A stretch of 63,678 nucleotides of DNA, the filler included. It is 5 parts of 5 records of this genome, joined end to end, with 100 filler letters (N's around TTAATTAATTAA, not from the genome) between each part and the next. Parts side by side here need not be neighbours in the genome. Positions count along the whole stretch, not along the records: positions 52,350 to 63,678 come from DRR378314_1169; 4 more parts are not named here. One strand, given 5' to 3'. Each line of letters begins with the position of its first letter. The first letter of the stretch is position 1. Of the stretch, positions 63,007 through 63,678 are shown piece by piece. The notes beneath the pieces are model-generated. The model did not search any database. It saw only the letters and a program-made list of their open reading frames with translations, and was not told where the DNA came from. Both the position numbers and the translations under genes were made by a program.

Positions 63007-63678
63007 TTACAGGAAAAAATTATGTAGGAAATGCACTTTCTGCAAAAGGAACAAAAACGTTTAAAACGTTTAATCCACAAAAAAATACAGAAAATACTTT
63101 TGCAATAACAGAAGCAACTTCTGAAGAAATATCTCAAGCCGCTGAGTTAGCAGCTTTAGCATTTCAAGTATACAGTAAAAAATCAGGAAATGAAAAAGCT
63201 GTTTTTTTAAGAGCAATTGCAGAAGAGATTGAATCATTAGGAGATGCTTTAATAGAAGTTTATACTTCAGAATCTGGATTACCAGTAGGAAGAGCTCAAG
63301 GTGAAAGAGGAAGAACAGTTGGTCAATTAAGAGCATTTGCAACTCATTTAGAAGAAGGTTCTTGGGTTGAAGCGACTATAGATACAGCACAACCAGATAG
63401 ACAACCAATGCCTAAAGGTGATTTACGTAAAATGAATATAGCTTTAGGGCCAATTGTGGTTTTTGGAGCTTCTAACTTTCCGTTAGCTTTTTCTACAGCT
63501 GGAGGGGATACTGCAGCAGCATTAGCAGCAGGTTGTCCTGTAATTGTAAAATCACATCCAATGCATGCAGGTACAGGAGAATTAGTTTCATCAGCAATAA
63601 TTAAAGCAGCAGAAAAAACAGGAATGCCTAATGGTGTGTTTTCTAACTTAAACAGTAGCGGAATTGAAGTTGGACAAG
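63003..63678 (+). CDS. NADP-dependent aldehyde dehydrogenase, alpha-ketoglutaric semialdehyde dehydrogenase type (3' partial)
   Basis: MITGKNYVG..ESGLPVGRAQGERGRTVGQL..FGASNFPLAFSTAGGDTAAALAAGCPVIVKSHPMH. ATGA overlap with DUF1272; runs off the window end. Confidence 0.9.
   Translation, partial: MITGKNYVGNALSAKGTKTFKTFNPQKNTENTFAITEATSEEISQAAELAALAFQVYSKKSGNEKAVFLRAIAEEIESLGDALIEVYTSESGLPVGRAQGERGRTVGQLRAFATHLEEGSWVEATIDTAQPDRQPMPKGDLRKMNIALGPIVVFGASNFPLAFSTAGGDTAAALAAGCPVIVKSHPMHAGTGELVSSAIIKAAEKTGMPNGVFSNLNSSGIEVGQ

Overview
This window is not one locus. It is five unrelated contigs joined by identical artificial 100-nt spacers (44 N + TTAATTAATTAA + 44 N) at 14054, 23083, 40840 and 52250. 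(1) 1-14053 is a GC-rich gammaproteobacterial (Marinobacter-like) housekeeping region: LysR, wax ester synthase/DGAT, the glyA-nrdR-ribD-ribBX-ribH-nusB-thiL-pgpA run and ettA-radA, with three copies of a palindromic REP/MITE-like repeat. (2) 14154-23082 is GC-rich, intron-rich eukaryotic DNA: a C3H zinc-finger ORF, a 7-exon secretory cyclophilin, a predicted 7-exon gene resembling a small GTPase with dead G-motifs, and exon 1 of CPSF100. (3) 23183-40839 is Flavobacteriaceae (Muricauda-like): DoxX, SDR, cupin, an eroded and truncated Mpl/MurC-like ligase, DUF1569 with an in-frame stop, radC, yjjG, DUF5723, rarA, rhomboid, a VCBS/ASPIC-UnbV lipoprotein and rlmB. (4) 40940-52249 is eukaryotic DNA: the 3' exons of a CHY zinc-finger gene, a ~2100-aa secreted protein with 12 filamin/Ig repeats and three fibrinogen/intelectin-like domains, and a TOG/CLASP-like terminal exon. 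(5) 52350-63678 is an AT-rich Flavobacteriaceae contig: ilvE, DUF4920, a CxxCH lipoprotein, mnmD, GT2, ruvC, hemW, cyclase and the start of a probable hydroxyproline-catabolic operon. I found no CRISPR array, tRNA, rRNA, transposase or phage gene. The best novelty candidates are the filamin-fibrinogen adhesin/lectin, the pseudo-GTPase, the Mur pseudo-ligase and the codon-atypical DHDPS-family gene. All family and taxon calls come from recognising motifs by eye; no database search was run.
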